The notes beneath the pieces were generated by a model that worked only from the letters and a program-made list of their open reading frames with translations, had not been told where the DNA came from and searched no databases. A stretch of 63,979 nt of DNA, the filler included, from an uncultured bacterium (GTDB lineage Bacteria; CAYJOG01), in NCBI GenBank assembly GCA_964371695.1. It is 6 parts of 6 records of this genome, joined end to end, with 100 filler letters (N's around TTAATTAATTAA, not from the genome) between each part and the next. Parts side by side here need not be neighbours in the genome. Positions count along the whole stretch, not along the records: positions 33,863 to 44,963 come from CAYJOG010000052.1; positions 45,064 to 56,113 come from CAYJOG010000053.1; 4 more parts are not named here. One strand, written 5' to 3'. A program made the position numbers and the translations under genes. Of the stretch, positions 41,183 through 49,701 are shown piece by piece (position 1 is the stretch's first letter; each line of letters starts with the position of its first letter).

Positions 41183-42950
41183 GGGAAATTTTTTCTCCTT
41201 GGGCCGAAAGGGCCATGGTCTGAAGACTTGCCGGATCCAGCAATAAAGCGACGCGACCGTCACCCAGCACCGCGCCGCCGCTGAGTTCCTTGAGGTGGCC
41301 AAAGGGGCCTTCCAGCGCCTTGATCACCACCTGCTGCTGATCCAGCACTTCGTCCACCAGCAGGCCGAAGTGGCCGGATTCACCCTCGATCACCAGCACC
41401 AGCGCCTGAACGGGGTCGGCCTGCGCCCCGGCCACGCTCATCATGCGGTGCAGGCGGAACATGGGCAGCAGCGCGCCGCGCAAAAGCAGCATTTCGCCCT
41501 GGCCCGCCACGGTGTGCAGTTGTTCCGGGCGGGGGCGCAGGACTTCCAGAATGGACTCGCTGGGCATCAGAAAGCGCTCCTGGCCGCAGCGGAACACCAT
41601 GGTGTCCACAATGGCCAGTGTGAGCGGCAGGCGGATGGTGAACACCGCCCCCGCACCGGGTGTGCTGTCCACCTCCACCCGGCCCCGCAGGCTCTCCACG
41701 CTTTTTTTCACGGCGTCCAGACCCACTCCCCGGCCCGAAATTTCGCTCACCCGCTCGGCGGTGGAAAACCCGGGGCGGAAGATGAGTTGAAGAATCTCGG
41801 CAGGGACTGGTGTGGTGTTTTCATCCACCAGCCCCAGCCGCCGGGCCTTGGACAGAATGGCCTCGGTGTTCAGCCCCTGGCCGTCGTCGCGCAGGCGCAC
41901 CACCACTTTGCCGCTTTCGTGAAAGGCCTCCAGGTGCAACTGCCCCTGGGCGGGTTTGCCTGCCTTGCGGCGGTCGGTGGGATTTTCAATGCCGTGGTCC
42001 ACGGCGTTGCGCACCAAATGAACCAGCGCACCCCGCAGCGTCTCCACCACGTTGCGGTCCAGTTCGGTGTCCTCACCCGAAAAGGTGAGGGTGGTGGGGG
42101 TGCGGGCGATGCCGGAAAGGTCATGCACCAAGCGTTCCACCTTTTGGAAGGTCGCCTTGAGCGACACCATGCGCATGGCCGAGGCCACCTCTTGCAGGTC
42201 GCGGGTGATTTTGCCCAGCAGGGCGGCCTTGGCGGCGAGGCGGGGGTTATGGGCCTGACGCAGTTCGGGTTCCTGCAGCAACATGGACTGAGCCACCAGC
42301 AGTTCCCCCACGGCGTCCATCAGCCGGTCCAGCCGCTCGGTGGTGACTTTGACGAAATCGTTTTTGTTGTTGGGGCGCTTGTGATGGGCCGGAGCGTTGT
42401 GAAGGGCTGGGGCTGCGGCGGTTGGGGGAGCGGTGGGTTCTCTCGCTGCGGCCTTCTCGGCAGGCGGCAGGATGGCCTCGGCGGCGGGTTCCGCTTCAAA
42501 AAGAACCACTGGTTCCGGCGTGCTTTCTGCCTCAGGTTCCGGCAGGGATTCTGCCTGGGTTTCTGCCAGCCAGTTGAGCGCCGTGATGAACGAGTCCGCC
42601 ACCACCTCGCCCTCGTTGCCGTGGGCGCTCAGGTGCTGAATCAGCCGCCGCAGGTGATCCACCACCGCCAGCAGGGTCTGGGGCAGGGTGGCCTCCATGG
42701 CGGCGGGGTTTTCCCGCAGGGGGCTGAGCAGGTTTTCCGCCGCGTGGGTCAGGCGCTCCATCTGGACCAGGCCCAGACACCCGGCGTCGCCCTTCATCGT
42801 GTGCAGGCAACGAAAAGCCTCGTGAATCAGCTCCGGGTCGCCGGGCTGTTTGTCCAGGTCCAGCAGGGATTGCTCAAGCACGTCGGCGAGTTCCGCCGCA
42901 TCGGCCAGAAAATCCTTGAAGGCATTATCACTCAGCATTGAGTGTGTCAT
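41172..42950 (-). CDS. cheA: Chemotaxis histidine kinase (no obvious P2 domain)
   Basis: FRCLHTMKG Hpt, HLVRNAVDHGIE, DDGQG, GFSTA..SGRGVGLD, LPLTLAI. Confidence 0.96.
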   Translation of the reverse strand: MTHSMLSDNAFKDFLADAAELADVLEQSLLDLDKQPGDPELIHEAFRCLHTMKGDAGCLGLVQMERLTHAAENLLSPLRENPAAMEATLPQTLLAVVDHLRRLIQHLSAHGNEGEVVADSFITALNWLAETQAESLPEPEAESTPEPVVLFEAEPAAEAILPPAEKAAAREPTAPPTAAAPALHNAPAHHKRPNNKNDFVKVTTERLDRLMDAVGELLVAQSMLLQEPELRQAHNPRLAAKAALLGKITRDLQEVASAMRMVSLKATFQKVERLVHDLSGIARTPTTLTFSGEDTELDRNVVETLRGALVHLVRNAVDHGIENPTDRRKAGKPAQGQLHLEAFHESGKVVVRLRDDGQGLNTEAILSKARRLGLVDENTTPVPAEILQLIFRPGFSTAERVSEISGRGVGLDAVKKSVESLRGRVEVDSTPGAGAVFTIRLPLTLAIVDTMVFRCGQERFLMPSESILEVLRPRPEQLHTVAGQGEMLLLRGALLPMFRLHRMMSVAGAQADPVQALVLVIEGESGHFGLLVDEVLDQQQVVIKALEGPFGHLKELSGGAVLGDGRVALLLDPASLQTMALSAQGEKISHAC

Positions 42951-42971
42951 GGGTATGGGTGGGGCCTGTTG

Positions 42972-43469
42972 TCAGGCGGGAATGCGGTGCATGTCCAGAA
43001 TGGTTTCGGCGATCACTTTTTTGAGATTGAGAAGCGAGGGGGAGCTGAGAAAATCCTTCTTGTTCAGCACCCGGTTGGCCCCATAACGTTTTTCACCGTC
43101 TCCCAGGGCCTTGTTGTGCAAAATGGCGCTGGTTTCGGTGGTGAACATGAGAATGGGAACACGGGTGTAGGCGTCGGCCACCTTGACGCCCAGCATCTTC
43201 AGGGCCTCATGGCGCGGGTCTTTGCGCAGAATGGACACCAGTTGAATGCCGCCATATTTCTGGCCAGCGGGTTCCTCGACAAAACCGGGGCAGTTCATGT
43301 CCAGCAACAGGCAGTCATAACGCTTGCCCTCGGCCTGGAAGTGGAGAAGCTGCTCCAAGGCTTCGGGAGCTGTGCCGGTGATGTCCACATGGTGCTCTGG
43401 GGAACTCTTGAAACCCGTGGAAAGAAGCGTCTGCACAATTCTGGAATCATCGAGAGAGAGGAGGTTCAT
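42972..43469 (-). CDS. Atypical single-domain response regulator (CheY-like with insertions)
   Basis: LDDS, LLDMNCPG, ILMFTT, GANRVLNK. Confidence 0.8.
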   Translation of the reverse strand: MNLLSLDDSRIVQTLLSTGFKSSPEHHVDITGTAPEALEQLLHFQAEGKRYDCLLLDMNCPGFVEEPAGQKYGGIQLVSILRKDPRHEALKMLGVKVADAYTRVPILMFTTETSAILHNKALGDGEKRYGANRVLNKKDFLSSPSLLNLKKVIAETILDMHRIPA

Positions 43470-43791
43470 GAGCAGGCCCTTTCTACTTGAAAAGACATTA
43501 AGATATGAGAATCTTGTTGACTAATAAAAATTAAACAAAATGTGTAATATTTTGGGAGCATGGATACCCTGTCCGCGCGGGAGGACAAAATTCCCGCCAT
43601 TCGTTGGGGAAATTGGGTGTGAAGCAACCGTTTCTTGTCGCCAGTTTGTTCCAGTTTGGAAACTTTGCTTCATAACAAATAGGGTGGTTTCGGAAGAAGA
43701 ATGGGTCAAGACAGAAATGGACCCCACCATGATTTAGCTCATACTTAATGACAAATCAAGCCGTTGTTTACATTTTTACCGAAAAGTTGCG

Positions 43792-44292
43792 TTAAACCGT
43801 GGTCGGTATGGGCGAGCCGCTGGAAACCAGCCGCTTCAGCATGGCGGCGAGCAGGCTCTGGCTGTTGACGTTGAGGTATTCGGATTTTTGCAGCACATGG
43901 GTGGCCCCCAACCGGCGGTCCCCCTCGCCCTCCACCCGGTGGATCAGATCGGGGTCTGTTTCGGAAGTAAAAACCAGAATGGGTGCGCTGGTGTAGCGTG
44001 GTGGCGTTTGTGCGATCAGCGGCAAAAGGGTCTGGCGGCGTTTGTCCTGACGCAGCAGCGACACCAACTGATAACCGCCATAACGTTTGTGATCCGGGTC
44101 GGCCTCAAAACCGGGGCAGTTCAGGTCCAGCAGAAAACAGTCATAGGGTGTGTTCTGCTGCTGTGCCGCCTGAATGTGCGCCAGCGCCGCCGGGGCGCTG
44201 TTGGCCAGGTCCAACTGCACGCCCACGGGTTTGAGCAGCAAGAGAAGAATCTGGTGAATCAGCCGGGAATCGTCCATGGCCAGTACCCGCAT
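43792..44292 (-). CDS. Atypical single-domain response regulator (paralog)
   Basis: MDDS, LLDLNCPG, ILVFTS, GATHVLQK. Confidence 0.8.
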   Translation of the reverse strand: MRVLAMDDSRLIHQILLLLLKPVGVQLDLANSAPAALAHIQAAQQQNTPYDCFLLDLNCPGFEADPDHKRYGGYQLVSLLRQDKRRQTLLPLIAQTPPRYTSAPILVFTSETDPDLIHRVEGEGDRRLGATHVLQKSEYLNVNSQSLLAAMLKRLVSSGSPIPTTV

Positions 44293-44752
44293 TTGGTTTG
44301 CCCCCTGATGTTTGATGAGTGGTTAGCTATTTTCGAACAAGACGTCTTAATCGTATTTATGCTTGTTAGTATTAAAATGAGGTTAAAGAAGATGTGTGGG
44401 CTGCTGCCTTATGAAGACAACATCCCTGCGTTTTGTACTTTAATGACAGATATTCGGGTGCGAAAAACATTTTAGGCCAACACGTTTGTATGTCAATCAG
44501 AAATCTTGAAACAACTTAAATTGAAAATGCGTCTCATCCAAAAAATTGGTTAAATTTGGCTGAAAATCAAGCAAAACAGCTCCTGAAATCTCATTTGCAT
44601 GACACAGATCACACACAAACAAAGGCAAAGCATCCAGTCATGCCTGACACGTAATTGTTCAACAGGATGTTGATCAACCCCCTGTTCAAACAGGCGCGCC
44701 AATCCGCCCGGACAGGTACACCAACACACCATCGACCTGTTAGCATCACCGG

Positions 44753-44963
44753 ATGCTCAGGACACTTCCTTCTGCCAAATCGCACTTTTTTTTAAAACCC
44801 GGCTGGGCTTTTCTGGCCCTCTTTCTGCTGCTGGGCGGCTGCGCAAAACAAAACCAGCCGACGCAAAAGCCGGGCGAGACCGCGTCCGCCCCCGTCAACC
44901 AGAGCACCGGCGGCGTGCTGGATGAAATCGTTCGGCGGGGCGAGATGCGGGTGGGGTATCTGG
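44753..44963 (+). CDS. Amino-acid ABC transporter substrate-binding lipoprotein, 5' fragment
   Basis: Lipobox LLGG-C; LDEIVRRGEMRVG, typical of SBP family 3. Confidence 0.75.
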
Positions 44964-45069
44964 NNNNNNNNNNNNNNNNNNNNNNNNNNNNNNNNNNNNN
45001 NNNNNNNTTAATTAATTAANNNNNNNNNNNNNNNNNNNNNNNNNNNNNNNNNNNNNNNNNNNNTTCTCC

Positions 45070-45245
45070 CGGCGTCATTCCCGCGAAAGCGGGAATACAG
45101 TTGAACATAAAGAAAAAACCAGTTCTGGTGGGGCAGGCGTCCCGCCTGCCTTTTTATATGAACGCAGGCAAGATGCCTGCGCCACCAAAAAAGAGGTTTG
45201 TTGTCCATGTTTCTACTGGATTCCCGCTTTCGCGGGAATGACGCC
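45070..45245. repeat. Nested REP doublet: inverted dRS3-like palindromes enclosing inverted GGTGG REPs
   Basis: GTCATTCCCGCGAAAGCGGGAAT...ATTCCCGCTTTCGCGGGAATGAC outside; GGTGGGGCAGGCGTCCCGCCTGC and GCAGGCAAGATGCCTGCGCCACC inside. Confidence 0.9.
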
Positions 45246-45344
45246 ATCCAGGGCGGGGCTTTCAGGCGATGTCTGACCCACCAATTCCGAAAATGCTCTA
45301 GTGAAGACGGCGTGGGCATGGCCACAAAATTCGCTGGCGGCGAA

Positions 45345-46484
45345 TTACAGCCCCAGGCTCTTGGCGATGATGAGTTTCATGATTTCGTTGGTGCCTGCAT
45401 AAATCATCTGCACGCGGCTGTCCACATAGGCCTTGCTGATGGGGTATTCCCGCATGTAGCCATAACCCCCGAAAAACTGAAGGCACGTGTCCGACACCCG
45501 CTTGAACATTTCGCTGTGATACCACTTGGCCATGCAGGTTTCCACCATCACGGGTTTGCCTGCGGTGTGTTCCTCAATCAGACGGTCCAGAAAAACCTGA
45601 TTGATTTCCAGCTCCGTGGCCACTTCCACCAGCTTGAACTGGATGTGCTGGAACTTGTGCAGGTTTTTGCCGAACGCCTGGCGCTCCTTGCAATATTTCA
45701 CGGTGTCCTGATAAACCTTTTGCGCGCCCGCCACGCACATGATGGCCACAATCAGGCGCTCCTGTTGCAGCTTTTTCATCAGATACATGAACCCCGCGCC
45801 CTCCTGCCCCAGCAGGGCCTCCTGGGGCACGCGGCAGTCTTCGAAATAATGCTCGGCGGTGTCCTGGGCCAACAGGCCGATTTTTTTGAGCTTTTTGCCT
45901 TTCACGAACCCCTTGTTGCTGGCGGGCACCAGAAAAAGGCTCACGCCCTGGTGGCCTGCTTCGAGGTTGGTTTTGGCGGCCACAATGGCCATGTCGCAGT
46001 GCAGGCCGTTGGTGATGAAGGTTTTCTGGCCGTTGATGATGTAATCCGTGCCGTCTTTTTTGGCGGTGGTGCGCAGGGCCGCCAAATCACTGCCTGTGCC
46101 CGGCTCCGTCATGTCAATGGCGGTGACCACCTCGCCGCTCACACATCGGGGCAGCCATTCCTGTTTCTGTTCGGGTGATCCGAAATCCTGAATGTAAGGA
46201 ACCACGATGTCGTTGTGCAGGCTGATGCCGAAGCCCGACTGGTACATGCCCACGGTTTCTTCGTTGATAACGGCGGCATATTTGAAATCCGCCCCCATGC
46301 CGCCATATTCCTCTGGCACCATCACGCCCAGAAACCCCTGCTCCCCCGCCTTGGTCCACAGTTCCCGGCTCACCATGCCGTCTTCCTCCCACTGTTCGTG
46401 AAAAGGCACGGATTCTTTCTCCAGAAACTTGCGGTAACTGTCGCGGAAAAGTTTGTGCTCGTCGGTGAAAAGGGTGCGTTTCAT
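45345..46484 (-). CDS. Acyl-CoA dehydrogenase (long-chain type)
   Basis: MTEPGTGSD, NGQKTFITNG, QERL, RQAFG, FGGYGYMREY, IYAGTNEIMK. Confidence 0.95.
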   Translation of the reverse strand: MKRTLFTDEHKLFRDSYRKFLEKESVPFHEQWEEDGMVSRELWTKAGEQGFLGVMVPEEYGGMGADFKYAAVINEETVGMYQSGFGISLHNDIVVPYIQDFGSPEQKQEWLPRCVSGEVVTAIDMTEPGTGSDLAALRTTAKKDGTDYIINGQKTFITNGLHCDMAIVAAKTNLEAGHQGVSLFLVPASNKGFVKGKKLKKIGLLAQDTAEHYFEDCRVPQEALLGQEGAGFMYLMKKLQQERLIVAIMCVAGAQKVYQDTVKYCKERQAFGKNLHKFQHIQFKLVEVATELEINQVFLDRLIEEHTAGKPVMVETCMAKWYHSEMFKRVSDTCLQFFGGYGYMREYPISKAYVDSRVQMIYAGTNEIMKLIIAKSLGL

Positions 46485-46566
46485 GAAGAGAGCTTATAAC
46501 AGCCTCGCTTGATGATTTTCAAGTGGTGGCCACAACGGGCTGTCCAACTTTGGGCATAATTTTCAG

Positions 46567-47037
46567 GTGGAAGATTTCCGCGAAAACCCTATGCGTCTTT
46601 ACCGCAAGCTGCCGCATTTTCGTCTGGAAGCAGGGCTTTATTTCGTGACTTGGCGGTTGCACCCTGCCCAAAAGCCCTTGTCTATGGCCGAGCGAAAAAT
46701 CGTTGCAGACGCCTTGAGCTACTTCCAAAAGACCCGTTACCTGCTTTGGGCCTGGGTTGTCATGGATGACCACGTGCATGTTTTGGTGGAACCCATAAAT
46801 GCCTGGATATTAGAAAAAATCGTTCATTCCTGGAAAAGCTTTACCGCCCATCAAATCCTGAAGGCCGGGCACCGTCCTTCTCCACTGTGGCAGAGGGAAT
46901 ATTTCGACCGGCTCATGCGGAACGAGCAAGAAGCAAGCGAAAAGGCCGATTACATTTTGGGTAATCCACTTAAAAGGTGGCCCGAAGAAAAAAACTACCC
47001 ATGGGTTTGGCTTGCCGGTAAAAACCCTTTTTCCTGA
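46567..47037 (+). mobile_element. REP-associated tyrosine transposase (RAYT, IS200-like HUH Y1)
   Basis: RKLPH, YFVTW, VVMDDHVHVL (HUH), WKSFTA, LWQREYFDR, YILGNP; GTAG REPs downstream. Confidence 0.9.
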
Positions 47038-47096
47038 TTTTTCGGAAAGGGAATGATTTTTCGCAGGCAACCAACTGGCTTCTCCCAATTTGTCTG

Positions 47097-47291
47097 GTAG
47101 CCCCGGCGTCCCGCCGGGAGTATTGGCTGCGCCGCAGGCGCACACCATTCAGATTTTTTCTTCTTTGTGCGTGCAAAAAGAATTGGGTGACGCCTTTGGC
47201 GTTTTTTTGCTCCCGGCAGTTCGAGCGGAGTCTTTCTGGGTGCCCATTGGGGCACCCAGCCGCGAGAAGGCGATAGCACGCCGGGGCTACC
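47097..47291. repeat. Inverted GTAG REP pair downstream of the RAYT (third copy at 49628-49650)
   Basis: GTAGCCCCGGCGTCCCGCCGGGAG and the reverse-complement ACGCCGGGGCTACC. Confidence 0.8.
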
Positions 47292-47321
47292 GAATATTTT
47301 TCCACCGATTAAACCCACTCC

Positions 47322-47486
47322 AGAACTTATCTCATAAATCCCTCCATGGATTTATTCGACCGCCGTGGGCGAAAATGAATTCCGCCCACGAGCGCGAAAA
47401 TCTGCGGGTTTTCAACCCTCCGGTTTTCGAGGCAGGTCCTCCTGACCTGCAGGAAGCCATCTCATCGGTATTATGAGATGGCTTCT
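47322..47486 (-). repeat. Five-hairpin repeat element abutting the radA start
   Basis: GAAGCCATCTCAT..ATGAGATGGCTTC / GCAGGTC-AGGAG-GACCTGC / CGAAAACC..TTGAAAA..GATTTTCG / GTGGGCG..CGCCCAC / ATAAATC-CATGGAGG-GATTTAT. Confidence 0.85.
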
Positions 47487-47487
47487 C

Positions 47488-48828
47488 ATGGCGCGGCCCA
47501 AAACCACATTTGTCTGCACCTGCTGCGGGGCCACCTTTATGAAATGGGCGGGCCGCTGCACCGCCTGCGGCGAGTTCAACAGCATCGAGGAACTGGCCGA
47601 CCCCGGCCTGACGGTGAAGATACACGGCAGCGCCATAGAGCCCCGCTCGGTGCCGCTGGCGGAGATTCCCGCCGAGACCGGTTATGCAATCGCCACCGGC
47701 GAAGACGAACTGGACCGCGTGCTGGGGGGCGGTGTGCGCCCCGGCGGCGTGTATCTGCTGGGCGGCCCGCCGGGCATCGGCAAAAGCACCCTGGCGCTGT
47801 CGCTGGCGTCGCGTTTTGAAGGCGGTGTGTTGTATGTGAGCGGCGAAGAAGCCGGGGGACAGGTGCGCGAACGCCTGGACCGCCTGGGCGAGGCGGGGGC
47901 GGACCTGCGGTTTCTGGCCAGCGGATCGCTGGAAGGCGTGATGGACGAAATCGCGTCGCTTTCTCCCGCGCTGGTGGTGCTGGATTCCATCCAGACCGTG
48001 GCCACCCACGAGGCCCCCGGCGGTGCGGGCAGCGTGGGTCAGGTGCGTGAGTGCGGCCAGCGCCTCACCGCCCAGGCCAAGGTGATGGGCCACGGCCTGC
48101 TGCTCATCGGCCACGTCACCAAAGAGGGCCAGTTGGCCGGGCCGCGCATGTTGGAGCATCTGGTGGACACCGTGCTTTATTTCGAGGGGGAAGACCACGG
48201 CGTGCTGCGCCTGCTGCGTTCGTTCAAAAACCGTTTTGGCAGCACCAACGAGGTGGGACTGTTCGAGATGACACAGGCCGGGCTGAAGGGGGTGAGCAAC
48301 GCCAGCGAGTATTTCCTCAGGGGCCGTCTGGCCGCGCCGGGCAGCGTGGTGACGGTGGCGGTGGAGGGCCTGCGGCCGCTGATTCTCGAAATTCAGGCCC
48401 TCACCAACCCCAGTGGTTACGCCACGCCCCGGCGCACGGTCACGGGCCTGGACCCCAACCGCGTGGCCATGGTGGCCGCTGTGATGGAGCGCCACATGGG
48501 CCTGCGCCTGAGCGACCACGACCTGTTTGTGAACGTGACCGGCGGCGTGCGCCTGAGCGACACCAGCGCCGACCTGCCGGTGGCCCTGGCGATATGGAGC
48601 AGCTTTCACCGCAAGACCCTGCCCGCAGACCTGGTGAGTTTTGGCGAAATCGGCCTGACGGGCGAGGTGCGGGCGGTGGGCCACGCCGAAAAACGCCTCA
48701 AAGAGGCCAAGCAGATGGCTTTTTCCACGGCACTGTGCCCCCACAGCCACGCCGCGCCGGGGGCGGACCTGGGCCTCACGCTGTTGCCCCTGCGCTCGCT
48801 GAATGATCTGTCTGAACACCTGCCGTGA
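47488..48828 (+). CDS. radA: DNA repair protein RadA/Sms
   Basis: CTCC..CTAC zinc finger, GPPGIGKST, DSIQT, GHVTKEG, KNRFG, GEIGLTGEVR. Confidence 0.96.
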   Translation: MARPKTTFVCTCCGATFMKWAGRCTACGEFNSIEELADPGLTVKIHGSAIEPRSVPLAEIPAETGYAIATGEDELDRVLGGGVRPGGVYLLGGPPGIGKSTLALSLASRFEGGVLYVSGEEAGGQVRERLDRLGEAGADLRFLASGSLEGVMDEIASLSPALVVLDSIQTVATHEAPGGAGSVGQVRECGQRLTAQAKVMGHGLLLIGHVTKEGQLAGPRMLEHLVDTVLYFEGEDHGVLRLLRSFKNRFGSTNEVGLFEMTQAGLKGVSNASEYFLRGRLAAPGSVVTVAVEGLRPLILEIQALTNPSGYATPRRTVTGLDPNRVAMVAAVMERHMGLRLSDHDLFVNVTGGVRLSDTSADLPVALAIWSSFHRKTLPADLVSFGEIGLTGEVRAVGHAEKRLKEAKQMAFSTALCPHSHAAPGADLGLTLLPLRSLNDLSEHLP

Positions 48829-48971
48829 AAGCCTGTTTTATACAAATTTTCAACCGAAACGGCATCAGTTCATTTTGATGCCAATTTTCACCGAACCGTC
48901 TGACTTCGCAGCACCCGTTTCCAAACTGGTTCATCGCTCAGAGTTAATGTTGTTTGGGTTGAAAATTGAAC

Positions 48972-49181
48972 TAGTTCATTTTGAGTAAGTTTATGCACAA
49001 TTTTCCGCCTTACCCGCCTGAGCGCGAAGCGCGAAATAGCCGGGGTTTATTCAATAGCAAAAAACCACTGCTTTTTGATTTTTGCTTATGTTTTGCCCCT
49101 CACCCGGTCCTACGGACCACCCTCTCCCCATAAGGGAGAGGGAACGATGTCAGAGTGCATAAACTTATGCAAAATGAACTA
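48972..49181. mobile_element. MITE-like element with 27-bp terminal inverted repeats
   Basis: TAGTTCATTTTGagTAAGTTTATGCAC ... GTGCATAAACTTAtgCAAAATGAACTA; similar end at 13401-13427; contains a CCCTCACC/CCTCTCCC unit. Confidence 0.7.
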
Positions 49182-49258
49182 ACCAGAGGCTTTTTCCCTC
49201 TGCGGCAACGGGAGCGACGCCGCGACTCCGGAAAAGTTGGCAACGATGGGCACGCTCC

Positions 49259-49612
49259 CTACCCCACCTCCAACAGGTAAACACCCGTCAGTTCCTCCGG
49301 CAGTTCCAGGGCCGCCTTGCCACAGGCGGGGCACGTCTGGCCCATGGCGTCTTCGCCGGACTGATGGCCACAGGCGGGGCAACGGCTGTGAGGCGCGGGT
49401 TCTTCAATCACCAGCGCCGCCCCCGACAGGGCCGGGTGTTCGTGGCCGTGATGGTGCTTGAGATGCTCAAAGGCCGCTGCCACCTGGGCCGCCTTTACGC
49501 CGGCAAACGGCCCCACGCTCACCCGCAGGCGGCTCAGGCGCGCCACCCCCTGCGCCGCCGCCAGTTCCAGGGCTTTTTTCACCAGTGCGTCGGTCAGGCC
49601 GTGTTCGTGCAT
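49259..49612 (-). CDS. hypA: Nickel metallochaperone HypA/HybF family
   Basis: MHE start, two CPAC motifs, His-rich insert HLKHHHGHEH. Confidence 0.85.
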   Translation of the reverse strand: MHEHGLTDALVKKALELAAAQGVARLSRLRVSVGPFAGVKAAQVAAAFEHLKHHHGHEHPALSGAALVIEEPAPHSRCPACGHQSGEDAMGQTCPACGKAALELPEELTGVYLLEVG

Positions 49613-49701
49613 GGTGTGAGGTTACCTGTAGCCCCGGCGTCTCGCCGGGAGAAAAAAACCGCCGCAGGCGGCACAAAACAGGTGTTTTTCCGGGTGACCA
49701 G

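Noticed and set aside
36230-44292. Chemotaxis contig as bin contamination
   Set aside because: It carries the same repeat families as the other contigs (38341 copy, 37376 unit), which supports a common genome.
43470-44750. ncRNA or riboswitch in the AT-rich spacers upstream of the che operon
   Set aside because: No recognisable consensus; consistent with ordinary promoter regions.
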